DNA from: Candidatus Poriferisocius sp.
Lineage (GTDB): Bacteria; Actinomycetota; Acidimicrobiia; Acidimicrobiales; Bin134
Length of the DNA stretch: 64,000 nucleotides
Assembly: GCF_965204145.1 (NCBI RefSeq)
Contig: NZ_OZ241977.1
Span: 2,655,811-2,719,810, forward strand
Direction: 5' to 3'
This document shows positions 59,342 to 64,000 of the stretch, one piece after another (position 1 is the stretch's first letter; the number at the start of each line of letters is the position of its first letter). A program made the position numbers and the translations under genes. Below the pieces are notes generated by a model. It was not told the origin of the DNA and searched no databases. It saw only the letters and a list, made by a program, of their open reading frames with translations.

Positions 59342-59923
59342 ATGGGCAATGTCGACACGCTGAACCTCATCCAAGACTCGCTATTGCGCCGCATGCGGAC
59401 CATGCACTCGCTCTACTACCAGGCGGTAGGCACGATGGAGCTGCATCATGTCAACCACTTCGAGCGGGAGGGGGTGCTGCCGATAGCGTTCTCGCTGTTC
59501 CACTACACGAACATGCAGGACGCCACCTTCATGGGCATCTCCGGCGAGCTTCCCATCTGGAACGACGACTGGCAGGCCCGAGTGCAGATGGCCATCAACG
59601 ACCACGGCAAGGAGCGGCCGGTCAGCGACATGATCCATCAGCGCGTCGGCGACTTCGAGGCGTTCAAGGAGTACCAGCGAGCGGTCTTCAGCCGCACTGA
59701 GGCCTACATCGAGTGCATGGACCCCGCCGAATTCGAGCGGGTAATCGTGGCTCCTCCCTACCCACCCCAGATCGCCAGCACCTACAGCGCGATGTGCGCG
59801 GGGCCCCAAGGCATCACCGTTCTCGACGCCTTCGAGTGCTGGCACTACCAGCATGGACTGCGCCATATGGGTGAAATCGAGCTCGCCCGGGGTTTGGTGG
59901 GCTTGGGCGGAATGACGTCTTGA
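59342..59923 (+). CDS. DinB-like (four-helix bundle) family protein
   Basis: 'LIQDSLLRRMRTMHSLYYQAVGTMELHHVNH...' and a C-terminal 'ECWHYQHGLRHMGEIELARG' resemble DinB_2. The ATG at 59342 is preferred over 59291. Confidence 0.45.
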   Translation: MGNVDTLNLIQDSLLRRMRTMHSLYYQAVGTMELHHVNHFEREGVLPIAFSLFHYTNMQDATFMGISGELPIWNDDWQARVQMAINDHGKERPVSDMIHQRVGDFEAFKEYQRAVFSRTEAYIECMDPAEFERVIVAPPYPPQIASTYSAMCAGPQGITVLDAFECWHYQHGLRHMGEIELARGLVGLGGMTS

Positions 59924-59987
59924 GCAACCGGCGCCACCAGCACCATCCCCTAGACCCAGCCAACCGGGAACCGCAAAGGAGCAATAG

Positions 59988-60818
59988 ATGGACATCGTGT
60001 TGACCGGGACCGGCTCGCCGCTGCCCGATGCCAACCGAGCGGGCCCGTCCACCCTCATCAAGGCGGGCGACACCCACATCCTGGTGGACGCGGGCCGAGG
60101 AGTGGTCATGCGCATGGCCGGAGGCGGCTCCCTGCCCGCGTTCCTGGCCGCGGTGCTGGTCACCCATTTGCACAGCGACCACGTCTGCGGCCTCAATGAC
60201 GTGATCACCACCCACTGGGTCATGACCCGGGGGAATGCCGAGCTGGCCGTTTACGGGCCGCCGGGCACAGCCCAATTCGTGGAGCGCCAGCTCCACGCCT
60301 TAGAGGCGGATATCGGCTACCGCATCGAGCACCACGACGCGCTCACCAATGGACCGAGAGTGCGGGTAACCGAAGTTGCCCCCGGTAAGGGCTTCTCCGT
60401 CAACGACGTTCAGGTGACCACCGCAGCCACGGCCCACGCGCCGGTACGGCCCACCATTGGCTACCGGCTCGAGCACAGCGGCTCGTCGGCCGCGCTGGTG
60501 GGCGACACCATTCCCTGCGAGGGCGTGGACCAATTGGCCGCCGGCGCGGACGCCTACGTGCAATCGGTGATCCGCCGTGACCTGGTGGAGCAGATCCCCA
60601 ACGACATGATCCAAGACATCCTCGACTACCACTCCGGCGTGGTGGAGGCGGCCCAGACCGCGGCCCGGGCGGGCGCCAAGCGGCTGGTGTTGACCCACAT
60701 GGTGCCGGCACCCACCGCCGAGCAGTACTCCGAGTGGATTGCGCTGGCGGCCGAGCACTACGAGGGCGAGATAGTCATCGGAGACGACTTGACCACCATC
60801 GCCACGGGACAGGAGTGA
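59988..60818 (+). CDS. MBL-fold metallo-hydrolase (RNase Z-like)
   Basis: 'MDIVLTGTGSPLPDANRAGPSTLI', 'LVTHLHSDHVCGL' (HxHxDH) and 'LVLTHMVP'. Confidence 0.8.
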   Translation: MDIVLTGTGSPLPDANRAGPSTLIKAGDTHILVDAGRGVVMRMAGGGSLPAFLAAVLVTHLHSDHVCGLNDVITTHWVMTRGNAELAVYGPPGTAQFVERQLHALEADIGYRIEHHDALTNGPRVRVTEVAPGKGFSVNDVQVTTAATAHAPVRPTIGYRLEHSGSSAALVGDTIPCEGVDQLAAGADAYVQSVIRRDLVEQIPNDMIQDILDYHSGVVEAAQTAARAGAKRLVLTHMVPAPTAEQYSEWIALAAEHYEGEIVIGDDLTTIATGQE

Positions 60819-60932
60819 CGACAATGGCTGGCTCTTCGATTCGAAGTCCGTTTCCCGGAGCGATCGACAAGACCGCGTCCCGGACCGAGATGGCCAGGCA
60901 ATGACAGCGGTTGCACTCGGGGGCCTTCGGCC

Positions 60933-61385
60933 ATGAGCGAGACCACCCGAACCGCCATTGTCGCTGCCGATGCCGATGCAGTGTGGGAGGTGCTGGGCGA
61001 CTTCGGGGCCATCAGCAAGTGGGCGCCCAACGTCGATCACTCCTGCTTGATGAGCGAGCAGGCCGAAGGCGTCGGCGCGGTGCGCCGAGTGCAGGTGGGC
61101 CGCAGCTCCCTGGTGGAGCGGGTGGTGGAATGGACTCCGAGCTTCTCCCTGGCCTACTCGATTGAGGGACTTCCTCCGGTGATCCGCACGGTGGTCAACA
61201 CCTGGTCGCTCATGGAGATGGTCAGCGGAACCCGGGTGTCGCTGACCAGCCGAGTACACGCCGGGCCACGGCCGCCGCAGCAGCTGATCGCCCGGATTGC
61301 GGCCCAGCGTTTGGCCCGAGCCTCTGAGACCATGCTCGCCGGACTCGAACGCCATCTGGCCATGGCCGCGGGAGCAAGCCGATGA
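60933..61385 (+). CDS. SRPBCC (START/polyketide-cyclase-like) family protein
   Basis: 150 aa with 'AIVAADADAVWEVLGDFGAISKWAP.V' and 'VVEWTPSFSLAYSIEG', typical of Polyketide_cyc2/SRPBCC proteins. Confidence 0.65.
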   Translation: MSETTRTAIVAADADAVWEVLGDFGAISKWAPNVDHSCLMSEQAEGVGAVRRVQVGRSSLVERVVEWTPSFSLAYSIEGLPPVIRTVVNTWSLMEMVSGTRVSLTSRVHAGPRPPQQLIARIAAQRLARASETMLAGLERHLAMAAGASR

Positions 61386-61422
61386 CCCTTGGAGCAAGCC
61401 CGAGATCGCTGGAGTCCGACCG

Positions 61423-64000
61423 ATGACCGATCGTCCCGATGTGGTTGTGATCATGACCGATCAGGAGCGGGCCGCCCCGCCCTATGAGAGCGACGAGCTG
61501 CGCGAGTGGCGCCGTCGCACCCTGGTCGGGGCCCGGTGGTTCGAGGACCACGGGGTTTCCTTCATGCGGCACTACACCGGCTCGCTGGCCTGTGTGCCCA
61601 GCCGTCCTACGCTGTTCACCGGCCAGTATCCCGACGTCCACGGCGTGACCCAGACCGACGGCTTGGGGAAAATGTGGAACGACTCTCGGATGCGGTGGCT
61701 GCGCCCCGGCGAGGTGCCCACCCTGGGGCACTGGTTCCGGGCCGCGGGCTACGACACCCATTACCAGGGAAAGTGGCACATGAGCCACGCCGATCTGTTC
61801 GACCCCGCCACCGGGGGCGCGCTGGCCACCAACGACAGCGAAGGCGCAGTGGACGAGATGGCGGTGAGGGCCTATCTGGATGCCGACCCGCTCGGTGTGT
61901 TCGGGTTCTCCGGATGGATCGGCCCTGAGCCCCACGGTCCGTCGTTCTCCAACACCGGATTTGTGCGGGATCCGCTGATTGCCGACCGGGTGGTGGCCTG
62001 GCTCCAAGACCGCTACGCCCGCCGACGGGCCGGCGATGCCAAGGCTGCCCGTCCGTTCTTGCTGGTGGCCAGCTTCGTGAACCCCCACGACATCGTGTTC
62101 GCCCCGGGATGGCTGCGGCGGGGCAGCCCTCGCACCCCTGGCGTTGGGGATCCGCCACCGGTGCCGCCGTCGCCCACCGATAACGAGGATCTCTCCTCCA
62201 AGCCCGCCGCCCAGATCGCCTTCCGTGCCTCCTACCTGTCGTGCTACGGGCCGCCGCCGCTGATCGAACGGGCCTATCGGACGCGGGCCCAGGGGTATCG
62301 CGACCTCTACCACCGCCTCCACGCCGAGGTGGACGGCCCGCTCGACCGGGTTCGCCGCGCCATCACCGAGGGGGGATCAGAGCACGCCGTGCTGGTGCGA
62401 ACCGCCGACCACGGCGAGCTGTTGGGCGCCCACGGCGGCCTCCACCAGAAATGGTTCAACCTGTACGACGAGGCCACCCGCGTGCCGTTCGCCATCGCCC
62501 GAATCGGACATCACGAGACGACGGGCCGCCAGGTGGACGATGCTCCCAGCTCCCATGTCGATCTCGTGCCGACGCTGTTGGCCGCCGCCGGCATCGACCA
62601 GCAGGAAGCCGCCGGGCAACTCCAACAGACCCATACCGAGGTGCACCCCCTTCCCGGCCGCGATCTCATGGCGGTGGTCGACCAGACGTCGGCACCCGAC
62701 ACTGAACGGCCGGTCTACCTGCTGACCCGCGACAACATGCCCGAGGGTGATTCCGGGGCCAACGCCATGGCCCGGCAGATGGGCCGGACGGTGCGTCCGC
62801 CACTCCCGCTGCGCATCCAGGTGCCCGCCCACGTCGCCGCCAACTTCGAGGGTCTCGTCGTCCGGGTGCCGGATGCCGCGGCGGCTGGCGGTGCCGGCCG
62901 CCTGTGGAAGATCGTGCGGAGCTTCGACGATCCCGACACTTGGACCGAGCCGGGCGTGCGCCACCTGGCCGCCGGCGGACCGGCCGGGCCGATCCATCGA
63001 TCTGAGCCCCTCCCCGACCAGTGGGAGATGTACGACCTCGACGCCGACCCCATCGAGGCCCATAACCGGGCGAGCGACCCGGCGGCCGCGGCCGTTTTCA
63101 CCCATCTCACCAACATCTTGGCCGCCGAGCGGACCAAGTGCGTTCCCGACCGCAACCAGCCTTGGCCCTACGCCGAGCGCATCCCCTCGGAGGGTCCCAT
63201 GGCCAAGACGCCCCCGCCCCCTGCCCGTCTGCTGCGCAAGGCGCTCCAGCAGGTCGGCATGCATCCCGATGACCAACGTCGCTTCAGGGCCGATCTCACC
63301 GGGCGACGAGCCCTGGTGGTGGCCACCAACCACGGGAGGCTCGACATCGGCAAGCCCACCGGAGTGTTCGCCAGCGAGATGACCGTGCCCTATTACGCCT
63401 TCTTGGACGCCGGTATGGAGGTACACGTGGCCAGCCCGGCCGGCGGAGAGATCCCCGTGGATCCCCAATCGCTGAAACCCGTGCTCCGCACCGAGGCCGA
63501 CGACCGCTTCCTTGTCGACGACGACCTACGCCAGAAGGTCACCGAGTCGCTGGCGGTGGGAGACCTCAAGATGGCCGACTACGACATCGTGTACCTCGCA
63601 GGAGGGTGGGGAGCGGCCTATGACTTCGGCTTTTCGCCCGAACTCGGGACCCAGATCACCGAGGCCAACCGGCTGGATCGGGTGATCGGCGGCGTCTGCC
63701 ACGGCCCGCTCGGCCTGTTGCTGGCCACCGGGCCCGACGGGGAGCCGCTGGTCAAGGGGCGCCGGGTAACCGGGGTGACCGACAAGCAGGTTCAAGAGCT
63801 CGGCATCGAGAGCACGCCCCACCATCCCGAAACCGAATTGCGGCGGGTCGGTGCGGTCTTCGAGAGCACCACCCGGTTCCGCGACGCATTCGCCAACCAC
63901 TGGGTGGTCGACGGCAACCTGGTGACCGGCCAAAACCAGAACGCCGCCCCCATGGTGGCTCGCGAGATGATGCAGCTCGTCGCCAAGGCACCCACCCGAA
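61423..64000 (+). CDS. sulfatase fused in frame to a DJ-1/PfpI (class I glutamine amidotransferase-like) domain; 3' end beyond the right edge
   Basis: Absent from the ORF track because it is open to the window end. Manual translation in the frame of ATG 61423 gives 'MTDRPDVVVIMTDQERA...SLACVPSRPTLFTGQYP' (sulfatase CxPxR motif), '...TADHGELLGAHGGLHQKW' and '...WEMYDLDADPIEAHNRA'. A Pro-rich linker follows, then 'ALVVATNHG...VYLAGGWGA...IGGVCHGPLGLL...GRRVTGV...VVDGNLVTGQN' (DJ-1/PfpI with a CH nucleophile elbow). I saw no in-frame stop. Confidence 0.75.
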   Translation, partial: MTDRPDVVVIMTDQERAAPPYESDELREWRRRTLVGARWFEDHGVSFMRHYTGSLACVPSRPTLFTGQYPDVHGVTQTDGLGKMWNDSRMRWLRPGEVPTLGHWFRAAGYDTHYQGKWHMSHADLFDPATGGALATNDSEGAVDEMAVRAYLDADPLGVFGFSGWIGPEPHGPSFSNTGFVRDPLIADRVVAWLQDRYARRRAGDAKAARPFLLVASFVNPHDIVFAPGWLRRGSPRTPGVGDPPPVPPSPTDNEDLSSKPAAQIAFRASYLSCYGPPPLIERAYRTRAQGYRDLYHRLHAEVDGPLDRVRRAITEGGSEHAVLVRTADHGELLGAHGGLHQKWFNLYDEATRVPFAIARIGHHETTGRQVDDAPSSHVDLVPTLLAAAGIDQQEAAGQLQQTHTEVHPLPGRDLMAVVDQTSAPDTERPVYLLTRDNMPEGDSGANAMARQMGRTVRPPLPLRIQVPAHVAANFEGLVVRVPDAAAAGGAGRLWKIVRSFDDPDTWTEPGVRHLAAGGPAGPIHRSEPLPDQWEMYDLDADPIEAHNRASDPAAAAVFTHLTNILAAERTKCVPDRNQPWPYAERIPSEGPMAKTPPPPARLLRKALQQVGMHPDDQRRFRADLTGRRALVVATNHGRLDIGKPTGVFASEMTVPYYAFLDAGMEVHVASPAGGEIPVDPQSLKPVLRTEADDRFLVDDDLRQKVTESLAVGDLKMADYDIVYLAGGWGAAYDFGFSPELGTQITEANRLDRVIGGVCHGPLGLLLATGPDGEPLVKGRRVTGVTDKQVQELGIESTPHHPETELRRVGAVFESTTRFRDAFANHWVVDGNLVTGQNQNAAPMVAREMMQLVAKAPTR

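Noticed and set aside
61222-63468. 366-aa and 363-aa minus-strand ORFs, and several 140-211-aa plus-strand ORFs, in the last 3 kb
   Set aside because: All overlap the unlisted edge-open sulfatase/DJ-1 frame, which has clear family motifs. These alternatives are Arg/Pro/Gly-rich.

Overview
High-GC (visibly about 60-70%) actinobacterial-type chromosomal segment. The taxonomic cues are a dnaK-grpE-dnaJ-hspR operon, egtB/egtD, an F420-type LLM oxidoreductase and a DUF222-HNH protein. It divides into five parts. (1) 1-9.9 kb is a catabolic cluster (amidohydrolases, two SDRs, SnoaL-like, CMD-like, acyl-CoA dehydrogenase, enoyl-CoA hydratase) bracketed by two paralogous, internally duplicated proteins of unknown function, followed by MscS and a HAD hydrolase. 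(2) About 10-28 kb is an accessory/defence island. It holds an AT-rich GmrSD-like DUF262/DUF1524 gene, an intact 1111-aa PLD-SNF2 helicase, a small VapC-type toxin-antitoxin pair, and a very large N6-adenine DNA methyltransferase. The 3' third of that methyltransferase is a mosaic of two 13-nt homopolymer tracts, a (GA)16 dinucleotide repeat, 65/65/74-bp tandem repeats and duplicated C-terminal cassettes. The island ends with a DUF222-HNH gene and a 1340-aa secreted protein with eight Calx-beta-like repeats and an embedded HExxH motif. (3) 28-42 kb contains an LLM oxidoreductase and a hypothetical gene. They are followed by a tightly coupled purine super-operon, purA-D-E-B-C-S-Q-(antisense gene)-L-F-M. 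(4) 42-56 kb holds egtD/egtB, hspR-dnaJ(Cys-less)-grpE-dnaK with a HAIR-like operator, gpmA, amt, a membrane HdrD-like Fe-S reductase and ppc. (5) 56-64 kb is a patch with several gene remnants, a TetR regulator, a Fic protein with palindromic upstream sites, DinB-like, MBL and SRPBCC genes. Its last gene is an ORF absent from the supplied track because it runs off the right edge, encoding a sulfatase fused in frame to a DJ-1/PfpI domain. No rRNA, tRNA, CRISPR array, transposase or integrase was recognised. The most interesting candidate is the methyltransferase plus PLD-SNF2 helicase module with its apparently hypervariable 3' region. All family assignments rest on motif recognition by eye; no searches were run.
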